A stretch of 64,000 nt of DNA from contig NIVC01001009.1 in assembly GCA_002269645.1 (NCBI GenBank), forward strand, positions 277,402-341,401. Reading direction: 5' to 3'. This DNA comes from Macrostomum lignano. Lineage: Eukaryota. The first letter of the stretch is position 1. Each line of letters opens with the position of its first letter. The translations under genes were made by a program, and so were the position numbers. The notes below the pieces were generated by a model. That model did no database searches, was not told where the DNA came from, and was given only the letters and a program-made list of their open reading frames with translations. Below are positions 24,865-37,975 of the stretch, piece after piece.

Positions 24865-27118
24865 GTGTCCGGCCAGTTAGACTTGATGACTGCATCTATT
24901 AGACTGCAGCTTTGAGTGTCCGGCCAGTTAGACTTGATGACTGCATCTATTAGACTGCAGCTTTGAGTGTCCGGCCAGTTAGACTTGATGATTGCATCTA
25001 TTAGACTGCAGCTTTGAGTGTCCGGCCAGTTAGACTTGATGATTGCATCTGTATTAGACTGCAGCTTTGAGTGTCCGGCCAGTTAGACTTGATGACTGCA
25101 TCTGTATTAGACTGCCGATTTGAGTGTCCGGCCAGTTAGACTTGATGACTGCATCTGTATTAGACTGCCGATTTGAGTGTCCGGCCAGTTAGACTTGATG
25201 ATTGCATCTATTAGACTGCAGCTTTGAGTGTCCGGCCAGTTAGACTTGATGATTGCATCTGTATTAGACTGCAGCTTTGAGTGTCCGGCCAGTTAGACTT
25301 GATGACTGCATCTATTAGACTGCAGCTTTGAGTGTCCGGCCAGTTAGACTTGATGACTGCATCTATTAGACTGCAGCTTTGAGTGTCCGGCCAGTTAGAC
25401 TTGATGATTGCATCTATTAGACTGCCGATTTGAGTGTCCGGCCAGTTAGACTTGATGATTGCATCTATTAGACTGCAGCTTTGAGTGTCCGGCCAGTTAG
25501 ACTTGATGATTGCATCTGTATTAGACTGCAGCTTTGAGTGTCCGGCCAGTTAGACTTGATGACTGCATCTATTAGACTGCAGCTTTGAGTGTCCGGCCAG
25601 TTAGACTTGATGACTGCATCTATTAGACTGCAGCTTTGAGTGTCCGGCCAGTTAGACTTGATGATTGCATCTGTATTAGACTGCAGCTTTGAGTGTCCGG
25701 CCAGTTAGACTTGATGACTGCATCTGTATTAGACTGCCGATTTGAGTGTCCGGCCAGTTAGACTTGATGACTGCATCTGTATTAGACTGCCGATTTGAGT
25801 GTCCGGCCAGTTAGACTTGATGATTGCATCTATTAGACTGCAGCTTTGAGTGTCCGGCCAGTTAGACTTGATGATTGCATCTGTATTAGACTGCAGCTTT
25901 GAGTGTCCGGCCAGTTAGACTTGATGACTGCATCTATTAGACTGCAGCTTTGAGTGTCCGGCCAGTTAGACTTGATGACTGCATCTATTAGACTGCAGCT
26001 TTGAGTGTCCGGCCAGTTAGACTTGATGATTGCATCTATTAGACTGCCGATTTGAGTGTCCGGCCAGTTAGACTTGATGATTGCATCTATTAGACTGCAG
26101 CTTTGAGTGTCCGGCCAGTTAGACTTGATGATTGCATCTGTATTAGACTGCAGCTTTGAGTGTCCGGCCAGTTAGACTTGATGACTGCATCTATTAGACT
26201 GCAGCTTTGAGTGTCCGGCCAGTTAGACTTGATGACTGCATCTATTAGACTGCAGCTTTGAGTGTCCGGCCAGTTAGACTTGATGATTGCATCTGTATTA
26301 GACTGCAGCTTTGAGTGTCCGGCCAGTTAGACTTGATGATTGCATCTATTAGACTGCAGCTTTGAGTGTCCGGCCAGTTAGACTTGATGATTGCATCTGT
26401 ATTAGACTGCCGATTTGAGTGTCCGGCCAGTTAGACTTGATGATTGCATCTATTAGACTGCAGCTTTGAGTGTCAGGCCAGTTAGACTTGATGATTGCAT
26501 CTATTAGACTGCATCTTTGAGTGTCCGGCCAGTTAGACTTGATGACTGCATCTGTATTAGACTGCCGATTTGAGTGTCCGGCCAGTTAGACTTGATGACT
26601 GCATCTGTATTAGACTGCCGATTTGAGTGTCCGGCCAGTTAGACTTGATGATTGCATCTATATTAGACTGCAGCTTTGAGTGTCCGGCCAGTTAGACTTG
26701 ATGATTGCATCTATTAGACTGCATCTTTGAGTGTCCGGCCAGTTAGACTTGATGACTGCATCTGTATTAGACTGCCGATTTGAGTGTCCGGCCAGTTAGA
26801 CTTGATGACTGCATCTGTATTAGACTGCCGATTTGAGTGTCCGGCCAGTTAGACTTGATGACTGCATCTGTATTAGACTGCCGATTTGAGTGTCCGGCCT
26901 GTTAGACTTGATGATTGCATCTTTTAGACTGCAGATTTGAGTGTCCGGCCAGTTAGATTTGATGACTGCATCTGTATTAGACTGCCGATTTGAGTGTCCG
27001 GCTAGTTAGACTTGATGACTGCATCTGTATTAGACTGCCGATTTGAGTGTCCGGCTAGTTAGACTTGATGACTGCATCTATTAGACTGCAGATTTGAGTG
27101 TCAGACTAGTTGGACTTG
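24865..27118. repeat. 51/53-bp satellite GTGTCCGGCCAGTTAGACTTGATGA(C/T)TGCATCT(GT)ATTAGACTGC(AGC/CGA)TTTGA, about 43 copies
   Basis: Units start at 24865, 24916, 24967, 25018; there are no unique spacers. Confidence 0.97.
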
Positions 27119-28133
27119 AGGAAGACAGGAGCGACTTCTTGGAGGGCCAATCAGGAAATTTTAGATATTTTGATTTGAAAAATCTACAAGTATGCAAGTA
27201 GCGGTAGTTTTAACGAGAACTCTAAGAAAACCGGTACTTGAATAAAATTTGGTCGCAACAATTTTCGGGAATATTAAAACTTCAAACGGTTCTCAAAATG
27301 AAACAAAGGTCTCAAAGTGGGATTATCATATGCTCAGTGAAGCGATTTGTAGACTGAGGATGCGCCGCTTTGGCGAGTCTAAGCAAGACCGTCCGCAAAA
27401 ACCTTCATGTAGATTCATATAGATGTATATGCGATTTTTAAGAGGCGATTTCGGGCACTTTAAAAAGAAGCCTTAGAAAGGTGGTCAATAATTTTCTGAT
27501 TTTGACTGCAGTTGAAAATTATGAAAATTACAAAAGTTTCAGTTTGATTAAAAATTTTAATATATATTTTTCTATAAGGAATCTCCTGCTTAGAAAGATA
27601 GCAGGAAAAAACAAAAACTAAGACAGCAATCAGCCTATCTTCCAGCACTACAGAGTTTTTACATGTAGGTAAGTAAAGTTGCCATTCGGACAGTGTCTTG
27701 GACTTTTATCTGCAAGGCCCATTGCATCGTAACTCTCTGGCGCATATGACTTATATGACTTATACTTAGTAGCCCCCTGAGGGTTGATCTAGAGCCAAAT
27801 CACTCAGGCACAGACAGACTTGGCAATGTATCATATTCGCTCATTTGCTCGCTTACGAGTTTCAAGGGCACCTATATACAATACCTTACCCCGTTGCAGA
27901 TTGCAGACCGTGAGCTAGGCTTAGCCAAGATTATTTCTTATCTCTCTTGGAATAGAAGCCCTCCTCAAGAATGCACCAAGCCAGATAGGCAAAAGGCTCG
28001 CTAAAGTCTTAAAAGACACAGCATTCCGTTCGCTTTTCTCGTGACGCTTACAAACACCCGATCAAAGAAGAAGTCACGTCTCGCGCGGTGCGAGATTCCA
28101 AAGCTGATACTTTTGTTACATATCGAGGACAAG

Positions 28134-28853
28134 ATGCTGCCACAGCTTCCGATACCCTATCATGCCGCCCTGCAACTGTACAGCTATCCGGTCGGTCTGT
28201 ACTTTCTCAACTATTTGACCAAGTCTACTAGTGAGCCAGAAGCAAGGCTACATTGCGGAGTGGCACTGGCTGAGGAGATATTCGTCAAGGTGTTGCCAAT
28301 CTTCACTCTGGTATTCATTTTGTCTAAGCGACTCCAGCAGACTGGCAGTACGAAGTACGCCGAACGAATTCGCAAGGCTCTGCTCTGGTCGGCTCTGGGC
28401 GACGCTCTGCTGGTGAATGTAAAGAGCGACTTGTGCGCCATACTGGGAGCAGCCAGCTTCATAGCGGCTCATGTGCAATACAAACGAGCTTTTCAACAGT
28501 CCGAAGGCAAGACCGGAGGCGACAGTCCATTAAGCAGTGTACTGGTACTGCTAAGCGTGCCAGTGCTGCTGATGCTCGGCTCTGGGCACAGCTTCATCTT
28601 GGGCGCCATGGCTAAAGGCTACCTAGTGTTTCTATTTTACGTCATGTCAAAGGCCTACAATCGGTTTTGGCACGTACAGCAGGCCAAGAGCTACGCGGCA
28701 ATCTTTGGATTAATTGGAGCCATCGCTTTCATTGCCAGCGATATCCTACTGCTAGCGAAGGAGCTGTCAGCTGGACGGGAGGGCGGCACCTTCCTGATCA
28801 TGCTCACCTACTATGCGGCCCAGTTTGGCCTGGCTGTCAGCGCGCTCGAGTGA
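28134..28853 (+). CDS. TMEM86: TMEM86/YhhN-family lysoplasmalogenase-like membrane protein, 239 aa, single exon
   Basis: First ATG of ORF 28041-28853 is at 28134. Family motifs VKVLPIF, SALGDALL, FIAAHVQY, FIASDILL and LIMLTYYAAQFGLAVSALE. AATAAA at 28872-28877. Confidence 0.92.
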   Translation: MLPQLPIPYHAALQLYSYPVGLYFLNYLTKSTSEPEARLHCGVALAEEIFVKVLPIFTLVFILSKRLQQTGSTKYAERIRKALLWSALGDALLVNVKSDLCAILGAASFIAAHVQYKRAFQQSEGKTGGDSPLSSVLVLLSVPVLLMLGSGHSFILGAMAKGYLVFLFYVMSKAYNRFWHVQQAKSYAAIFGLIGAIAFIASDILLLAKELSAGREGGTFLIMLTYYAAQFGLAVSALE

Positions 28854-29079
28854 TGGACAAAGACTTATTTGAATAAAGTCTTAAAACTTTGATTTTAAGT
28901 CTTGATTGTCTAATTGGGAATATTATTAATATTTTTGCCTTTGCGATCAAATTACCGGTACAGGTGATTTTTTTCCAAATATTGAACGCTGTACGACGTA
29001 CTTGTACTAATAAGTGGGTATTGGAAAAACAGAACATATTTGCAGAACCCTGAAAAGGGGGTGCTAGATTGCTAGAAAC

Positions 29080-30135
29080 CTAGAGCGCTAGACTAGATTC
29101 CTTAAGGAAGTGCTAGATGAAAGGAAAGGGAGTACTAGATCCCTAGAGAGTGCTAGAGTTTTGTTAAGAAAGGGAGTGCTAGATTGCTAGAAAGGAAGTG
29201 CTAGATTCCTAGAAAGGGAGTGCTAGATTTCTAGAAAGGGAGTGCTAGATTCCTAAAAGGGAGTGCTAGATTCCTAGAAAGGGAGTGCTAGATTCCTAGA
29301 AAGGGAGTGCTAGATTCCTGAAAGGGAGTGCTAGATTCCTAGAAAGGGAGTGCTAGATTCCTAGAAAGGGAGTGCTAGATTCCTAGAATGGGAGTGCTAC
29401 ATGTAGATGTCTGAAAAGAGAGCGCTAGATGCCAGGAAAGGAATTACTAGATTCCTAGAAAGGGAGTGCTAGATTCCTAGAAAGGGAGTGCTAGATTCCT
29501 AGAAAGGGAGTGCTAGGTTCCTAGAAAGGGAGTGCTAGATTCCTAGAAAGGGAGTGCTAGATTCCTGAAAGGGAGTGCTAGATTCCTAGAAAGGGAGTGC
29601 TAGATTCCTAGAAAGGGAGTGCTAGATTCCTAGAAAGGGAGTGCTAGATTCCTGAAAGGGAGTGCTAGATTCCTAGAAAGAGAGTGCTAGATTCTTAGAA
29701 TGGGAGTGCTACATGTAGATGTCTGAAAAGAGAGCGCTAGATGCCAGGAAAGGAATTACTAGATTCCTAGAAAGGGAGTGCTAGATTCCTAGAAAGGGAG
29801 TGCTAGATTCCTGAAAGGGAGTGCTAGATTCCTAGAAAGGGAGTGCTAGATTCCTAGAAAGGGAGTGCTAGGTTCCTAGAAAGGGAGTGCTAGATTCCTA
29901 GAAAGGGAGTGCTAGATTCCTGAAAGGGAGTGCTAGATTCCTAGAAAGGGAGTGCTAGATTCCTAGAAAGGGAGTGCTAGATTCCTAGAAAGGGAGTGCT
30001 AGATTCCTAGAAAGGGAGTGCTAGATTCCTAGAAAGGGAGTGCTAGATTCCTAGAATGGGAGTGCTACATGTAGATGTCTGAAAAGAGAGCGCTAGATGC
30101 CAGGAAAGGAAGTACTAGATTTCTATAAAGGGAGT
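29080..30135. repeat. 22-bp GCTAGATTCCTAGAAAGGGAGT minisatellite with a recurring variant block
   Basis: Period 22; variant block ATGTAGATGTCTGAAAAGAGAGCG at 29401, 29713 and 30069. Confidence 0.95.
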
Positions 30136-31568
30136 ACTACAATCCCGGAGAATAAGTACATGAATAATGGTTTATGAAGAGATGGAAGGTCAGATTGCAA
30201 ATAGGCCATAAAATGCAGAAATTCAAAGAATCAAATAACAAATAAAACAAAAGTAGTGCTTTTTCTTTATAAATGTACTTTTAACAGCACAAAACAATTG
30301 CTTTAACTGAAGGCAACGCAGTTTTCGAGTCATTTTATTGCCATTTTCAATGACAAATCTAGACAACAATGGTACGCGTTAAATGAAATCGCTTGTGCAA
30401 TTAAAACTGTTTCCTGATCTAGGAATTTTTGTTAACAAAATAAAAAATTAAACAAAAAGTCTTAAAATTATATAAGGCTATACGCGTAGAAGCGTACAAA
30501 ATAGAAAGTCGTAACCAAGCTTTATGGTTTCTAAGAACAGCAAAATAAATATGGACGGTTCTCACTGTAGATAAAAAAGACCTGTATTTACAGCCAAACT
30601 TGAAGTGAAAATCCGAAGCTAGTCAAACAATAGAATAAAAAAACACGACGGCACAATAGATGAATGCCCAGCAACAAAAATCACGAGTTTCCACATTAGT
30701 GCGTGTTTTTAAAATCGGATTGACGCTTCCGATTTGAAAGCTTGAAAAAACCCGTTACTAACAATGGGGCTTCCGTTTCAAACAGGAAAACACCTCGAAA
30801 GAGTGGAAATTAAACTCCACATTACTAGCTGAAGAGAATATTTTATAATTCAAATCACTCCTTGTATACGTAACGCCCGCCTGCTAATTTATCAACTCCA
30901 CTAGATTAAAATCGATATAATAAAACACGTATATGCACGAACAAAATCAATATCTAAATAATTCATAAAGTACACGCAGAGCTTTGCGATATAAAAACGT
31001 CAGTTGATCGATTTAAAATGCAATAATTTATGTTTAAAGGGACGGCTGTTTTAAATCAGTTTGGAATGTTGAACTTTTGGAATGATTTCATGAAGCGATA
31101 TAATCCGAGGATAAAATTGTGATTCTTAGAAATACAATTTAAATATACGGTTATAACATAAACAAAATTATTCTACAGAAGTGCCAAGCCCCAGACTGAT
31201 AATTGTGCAAGTTAAGCTGATTTGGCAGCGGTTAGTATGCAGCTTAATAGAGGCATCATCTCTAGCCCGCAGAGTCGCTTCAGGTAACACAGGTAAAATA
31301 GGAAATAATTGACTTAAGAGGACTCTAAAACTACGAGATGTCTCGGTGCAACGTACAACTCCGGGAACGCAGAGTCGCATCTGAGGCGTGCTGGAGTCAC
31401 TGTAGCGAGTTGCGTATAAAGGGCCTTTCCAATTTATATAACAACTAATTTCATTTAGTCTACTTGAGTTAGTAGAAAGTTCAACGCTAACACAACGACT
31501 CTTGTGAGACTCTTTCGCGACTCTTGTACAATTCTGCAGCTCAGGTGACTCAACAGTTAACTCAAAAG

Positions 31569-34500
31569 TCAAAAGTCGCCGCTACCGTCCGGCTTAGCAA
31601 CAGGTGTGCCGGTGGTTTCCAATGACGCTAAGGAGGCAGCAGCCGAGCCCAACTCAAAGTCGGGCAGCAAATCTCTGACCCGATATCTCAGCTGGTCTAG
31701 CCTCTGACGTTTGGCTTCTTCAGCTTTGCGCGCCTCTGGCAGACGGCGCCAGGCGGCCAGGCAGCGCGCTAGCAGCGCCTCGCGCCAATGATTATCGGCT
31801 GTTAATTCGTTCTGTCGTTCGGCTAATCTGGATTCAACAGCAAAATTGTGCCACGCGTACAATACAACTGACAGAGATTTTAGTCGGCGAAATTCGTCAG
31901 CTCTGGTGTCCATCAGCTCCGATTGGAATCGAATCTGTTAGTGATGATTATTATGAAGCATTGATTATAGATTTCGACTGAATTGCGCTACTTACATAGA
32001 TACTTATTAATAGTAGTATCGTGTAGACATGCAAAATTGAAGCTTAGGAAGACAAACAGAGGACGTTATTAGCAGGTGGGAATGCGGCAACTCATAAGTT
32101 GCTAATGCAAGCATCAATTTTGACTTTGGAGGAGGCAACCAAGGAAGTAGGCTGACCCCTGAGCACGCGCACAGGACTTGACTCATTATCAATTATCACA
32201 AAACCCAAATTAATGCGGCTTGCTGTTCTATTATTTGTAAAGAAAATCGGCTACTCTGCTTATTACTTATAGACACCTGCGTAATTAGTGGTAGCACGAG
32301 GATATTTATAAGCTGAGCCCGACAGTGATGCTAGTATGATTACAACAGAAAGAAACGTCAAACAAAGGAAAACATACTGAAAATAACAGGCAGTGATATC
32401 TGCAAGCCTTCTTATGGCAAAATAGGTTTAAAAATAAACGAGTGAAGTCCATGATATCTCCTATACTACTGATTCTAAGAAATGAAAGCAATTTTAAAGC
32501 GATTTTCGAAAATTCAAACGATTTTTATCACAAATCGCGGTTCTAAGAAAAGGAAACGATTTTCTAGCGATTCTAAGAAACGAAAACAATCTCATGGCGA
32601 TTCTAAGAAAACCAAGCGATTTTATGGCGATTCCAAGAAACGCAAATAACCAAATGGCGATTGTAAGAAAAACAAACCATTTTATGGCGATTCTTAGAAA
32701 CCCTAACTAGTTTTAAGGATGTTATGGCTTTTCTAAGAAATGCAAACCTTGTCATGGCGATTCTAAGAAAAGCTACGATTTTGTCGCAAATTACATATTC
32801 TAAATGCAAATCATTCAAATGGCTATTCTAAGAAACGCCCCAGATTTTAACGCGAATCTAATAACGCAGTTAATAAAACAATACGTACTTTATTTAATAG
32901 CTAGACAAAACTCACCAGGCTCCACCGACAGAAATGGCGCCGAATCAAAGCGGCCCGATAGCACTGGTCAGCCAGTTCGTTATTGATTTTTGCAGTCTCC
33001 GACACGCCAATATGCCAAGCTAGCAGGCATTTCCGAGTCAGCCGCGACTCCCAATGCCGCTGCGCCGTTGTTTCGTTTGTCTCTGCCTGGCGCATCAATT
33101 GGCGCCACGGCGCCAGACCGTAGTAGCGCAACAAACGTCGCCGATTCGCTTCGGCTAGGCGCGCCTCCAGTTGGCGCCTCTCCGCATTGGCCGCCTGACG
33201 CGCTGCTTCCCGCTGCGCCCGTTCAGCAGCCTGGCGCCGCTTCTCCTCTCGTTCGACTTCGGCCGCTCGCGCCAGCTCCTCCTCGGCGGCGCGGATTCGC
33301 TCCGCTTCGGCCGCCTGGCGCCGGGCCTCGCGCTCAGCTTTGGCGCGAGCGCGCTCCTCGGCGCGGGCGCGCATACGATCGAGAAATTTGTTCTCCTGAT
33401 TAGACTGAGGATTAGTAGGATGACGATTTTGCTGCTGCTGCTGCTGAGCAGTTTGACGGGGCGATGCTGCAGACTGCGGCTCAGCTTCTTCTCCATCTGG
33501 CACAGCGGCCTCTCTGACGGCCGATGCTTCAGCCGAAGGCGGACTTTTTGGCTGGGCAGTCTACGCGAAGTGAAAACAATATTGAGACAAATATGATATT
33601 TCTAAGAAAGGTTATTTCAAAGTGACAAAACACCTGGGTGTAGTCTATAGAGTAACAAGGTTCCTGAAATAGGCTAGAATAGCTATACTGCCTAAACTAG
33701 AGTGAACAGGTTGCGAAAACTTCAGTAACTCAAGAGTTAGTAGTATAGAAAACGACTAGATTCCTAAATTTAGTGTGACTAGATTCTGATAACTAGTGAC
33801 TAGATTCTGATAACTAGTGACTAGATTCTGATAACTAGAGTGACTAAATTCTTAAAACTAGAGTGACTAGATTCCTAAAACTAGAGTGACTAGATTCTTA
33901 AAACTAGAGTGACTAGATTCTTAAAACTAGAGTGACTAGATTCTTAAAACTAGAGTGACTAGATTCTTAAAACTAGAGTGAATAAATTCTTAAAACTAGA
34001 GTGACTAGATTCTTAAAACTAGAGTGACTAGATTATGTAAGGAATGTGTACAAAGAGTACAGAGTGAAAACAATATCCCACAAGTGAATGAGTGACAATC
34101 CAAACAAACCTGGATCTGAGCAGTAGCAGCAGCACCATCAGCCTGTGGCTGCACCGGCTGATTCTTAGCTAAAGTCTTCTCAATTCTCAATTCTTCAATC
34201 AACCTGCGCTGCTCCTTCAATTGATTTGCCTGCTCACGCAGCATAGCCTGTTGCGCCTTAAATCTGTGCTCGTACCGACCGCCAAATCCGCCAGCAACAG
34301 CTGCAACGTTTGCCGTAGTTGCCGCCGCTGTGGATGGTCGATGCGATGCGTGCCCTCGACCGGTAGGAGCGCCTGCACTACGACCGCTGCTTGCTCTGTC
34401 GCCTGACAAAGGCTTAGTAGTAGTACTAATCCCCGTAGCTGTCAGCTGACCAGGTTGTTGCTGCTGCAGCTGAGTTTCAGCATCATTCAGACTGGACAGA

Positions 34501-37048
34501 TCCAACTTGGTAGATTCATTCTCCGCAAATAATCTCTCAGCCTTCTCCTGCTGTTTTTGCTGCTCTGCGGCGATCCTGCGCTGCTCTCTATCGCGCTCCT
34601 CGGCAGTTAGTCGCTCAAGAAATCTGCCAGTTCTACGCTGCAATTCTAACCGTTCCGCTTCGGCCGCTTGCTCTAATTTTATTAGTCGAATCGATTCGCG
34701 CCAAGCGTCAAACGCGCGACCCATTGTGCGCAACCGGTGCCGCTTAGCCGCCCAGTCCATTCGGCGCTGCTCATTGCGCAGAGCATCTTGCGCCGCTTGC
34801 GCTTCCCGTTCCATAGCGCGTCCGCGCGCGTACCAACGCCAAGCGGCGAATGCGCGTCTGGCGCAGCGGAAATCGCGAAAGGCGGCGGCTTTTCCGTTGG
34901 CCAATCGGCTGCTGGCTAATAGTTGGCGCCAGGCTGCGAAACAACGGCCTAGCAGCGACATGTTGCCTAGCAGGACGCGCCGTTGTACGCGCGCTTCTAG
35001 CGCCTGGCGCCGAAGCTCGCGTAGAGCGCGTTTTTCTTCGGTTGCCGCTGCAGCGCGCCGCTCTTGCAAAAGCGCCGCTTCCGCCGTGCAACGCTCTTTT
35101 TCAGCGCGCTCGCGCTCCTCTCGCAGCAGCGCCGCTTCTTGGCGCCGGCGCTCTTCTATCTCGCGCCGCTGCCGCTGCGCCTCAGCTTCAACTAAGCGCG
35201 CTTCCTCGCGCCGTTTCGCCGCTGCCGCTTTCTCCTCTTCGGCTACGACTCGGCGCGCTTCTTGTGCTAGACGGCGCGCTTCGGCGGCGCGCTCTCGCTG
35301 TTCGGCTTCTTCGCGACGTCGGCGCTCGCGAGCTTCGCGCGCCTGCTGCTGGCGCAACTCCATGCGGACGCGGGGGTCCACGCGCACCTGGCAGGATGTC
35401 ATATCATAGAAAATGTACCTTCCTCTAATTACTAACAGTTCTGCCCCAATAGAAGTTTACCGGTACCAGTACTAAGGCCAGTCTGCTTTTGCTTATTTCA
35501 ATTATTACTTAATTTAGGCCATAATTGCTAAAATGTTATAAATGACAAATTGACGCTACAGACAATACAATAACTTGGTACTATAGTAGAGAACAATATT
35601 GAGCAATCTACGAGCATCTTGCACCCAATTGTTAACATTTGAACGCCAAATTTAGCAACATATAGTAGAAATTTTGTTAGCCGCAAACACCTTACGAACT
35701 AATTCAGCAAGAAACCAATTCAGCACTTCAAAACCAAACTCAGCACATCGGAAACCGATCCAGCACCTTAGAACCCGATTCAGCACCAATTAGAACCCGA
35801 TCCAGCACCAATTAGAACCCGATCCAGCACCAATTAGAACCAGATCCAGCACCAATTAGAACCCGATCCAGCACCAATTAGAACCCGATCCAGCACCAAT
35901 TAGAACCCGATCCAGCACCAATTAGAATCCGATCTAGCACCAATTAGAACCAGATCCAGCACCAATTAGAACCCGATTTAGCACCAATTAGAACCTGATC
36001 CAGCACCAATTAGAACCCGATTTAGCACCAATTAGAACCTGATCCAGCACCAATTAGAACCAGATCCAGCACCAATTAGAACCCGATCCAGCACCAATTA
36101 GAACCCGATCCAGCACCAATTAGAACCCGATCCAGCACCAATTAGAACCCGATCCAGCACCGATTAAAACCCGATCCAGTAACCTCAAATTCAATGAGAT
36201 ATTATGTATCAGAATTCATAACTTTCACAAAGCCAGAAGACACTGACCCAGCCCGCCCATAGAACTCACAGCCGACTCATCGTCCAACACCTTAGCTGGC
36301 ACATAGTCTTTACTCAACAATCGTTTGATAATACGTTCAGCGTCGCTTAGTTCAGCATCGCCAACTGCTGAGTCATCATCGGGCGCATCGCCAGATTCCA
36401 AATGCGGCCACTCCAGCAGGGACCGCGATCTCGAAGAGCTATTACCGCCGCCAGCATTTCTACTAGGATATTTCTCATCATTGTCATCATCGTTGTTTAC
36501 TTCGCTTAGAAGTGCCGCGTCTGACAGCATTTTGCTGGTCATCCATTCGCGAATCAGACTGCGAGCCTCGTCTTCAACACCTCCGGCGGGAGCGGCAGAT
36601 TTCGATGCCGCCCCAGATAGAGCATCATCTGTGGCTGATTCCACTTTCTGTTAGCAGACGAAGGGATTGGAAGCTCTTAAATTGACTCTTAAATAGAATC
36701 TGGACAGGGATGATATCAAATTGTCTCACACTGAATAGATTACTGACAATAGCTAGCATAGTAAGTACGGTCATGAATAAAAGTCATTGAAAACAATAAA
36801 TCAACTATACGCTCGTACTAAGCCATGGACCTCTGAATTTTTTTTCAATTTAGTTATATTTAAAAGTCTATGGCAAAATCTAAACTCACCTTCAACCAGC
36901 TTTTCATATCATAGTCGGATGGTCGCACACCGCTAGTAGCTGCTGCAGCACCGGGACCAAGAACGCTGCGAGTGGAACTATTATTACCAGTAGTTTTTGA
37001 CGAAGGGCCGGATTTATAACGAAATAGGCGATTAGTTCGATCGGTCAT
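31569..37048 (-). CDS. CCDC191: Coiled-coil domain-containing protein 191 orthologue, about 941 aa; exons 37048-36890, 36647-36270, 35387-34110, 33560-32916, 31934-31569
   Basis: All junctions are phase 0 with GT-AG. Recognisable CCDC191 blocks: KSWLK|KVESA, EARSLIREWMTSKM, DPRVRMELR, CFAAWRQLL..GKA, HRFKAQQAML, LLRYYGLAPW, LRYRVRDLLPDF. An alternative exon-2 donor at 36290 (AAG|gtgttg) is also in frame. Confidence 0.92.
32540..32835. repeat. Degenerate ATGGCGATTCTAAGAAA-core repeat, CCDC191 intron 4
   Basis: Core recurs several times with variable spacers. Confidence 0.8.
33765..34032. repeat. 23-bp AAACTAGAGTGACTAGATTCTTA minisatellite, CCDC191 intron 3
   Basis: Period 23. Confidence 0.93.
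35755..36180. repeat. 22-bp AATTAGAACCCGATCCAGCACC minisatellite, CCDC191 intron 2
   Basis: Read directly. Confidence 0.95.
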
Positions 37049-37194
37049 GCTTGCTATGAACTGGACCGCTTACTTGCCTCTGGCATCAATGAGAATCGCT
37101 CATTAGTCCCATAATACAGTTCTTAATATATAAACAATGGAAACTGAAGGAAAAACGCTGCTTAAATTCTAGGACAAAAGTGCAATAATCCAGT

Positions 37195-37975
37195 ACAGGG
37201 CCTGGATCCTAAGAAATCGAGCGAGAATGACAAGACATAGGGCCTGTATTCTTAGAAAACGAGTAAGAATGACAAGGTATAGGGCCTGTATTCTTAGAAA
37301 TCGAGTGAGAATGACGAGATATAGGGCCTGTATTCTTAGAAATCGAGTGAGAATGACAAGACATAGGGCATGTATTCTTAGAAAACGAGTGAGAATGACA
37401 AGGTACAGGGCCTGGATTCTTAGAAAACGAGTGAGAATGACGAGATATAGGGCCTGTATTCTTTGAAAACGAGTGAGAATGGCGAGGTATAGGGCCTGGA
37501 TTCTTTGAAAACGAGTGAGAATGGCGAGATATAGGGCCTGTATTCTTTGAAAACGAGTGAGAATGGCGAGGTATAGGGCCTGGATTCTTGGAAAACGAGT
37601 GAGAATGACAAGCTATAGGGACTGTATTCTTGGAAAACGAGTGAGAATAACAAGGTATAGGGACTGTATTCTTGGAAAACGAGTGAGAATGACAAGGTAT
37701 AGGGCCTGTATTCTTAGAAAACGAGTGAGAATGACAAGGTATAGGGCCTGTATTCTTGGAAAACGAGCGAGAATGACAAGATATAGGGCATGTATTCTTA
37801 GAAAACGAGTTCGAATGGCAAGATATAGGGCCTGTATTCTTAGAAAACGAGTGCGAATGGCAAGATATAGGGCCTGTATTCTTAGAAAACGAGTGCGAAT
37901 GGCAAGATATAGGGCCTGTATTCTTAGAAAACGAGCGAGAATGACAAGGTATAGGGCCTGGATTCTTAGAAAAAC
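37195..37975. repeat. 42-bp minisatellite GAGTGAGAATGACAAGGTATAGGGCCTGTATTCTTAGAAAAC, about 18 copies
   Basis: Read directly; ends about 150 bp upstream of the CCDC191 ATG. Confidence 0.95.

Noticed and set aside
24865-27118. CRISPR-like regular array
   Set aside because: Head-to-tail units with no unique spacers and no cas genes in a eukaryotic context; it is a satellite.
31168-31572. 134-aa ORF directly after the CCDC191 stop
   Set aside because: TTG start, no recognisable motif, lies in the presumed 3' UTR; CCDC191 already ends at the homologous LLPDF region.
34507-35428. Long plus-strand ORFs (300 aa, 192 aa)
   Set aside because: Antisense shadows of the GC-rich CCDC191 exon 3.
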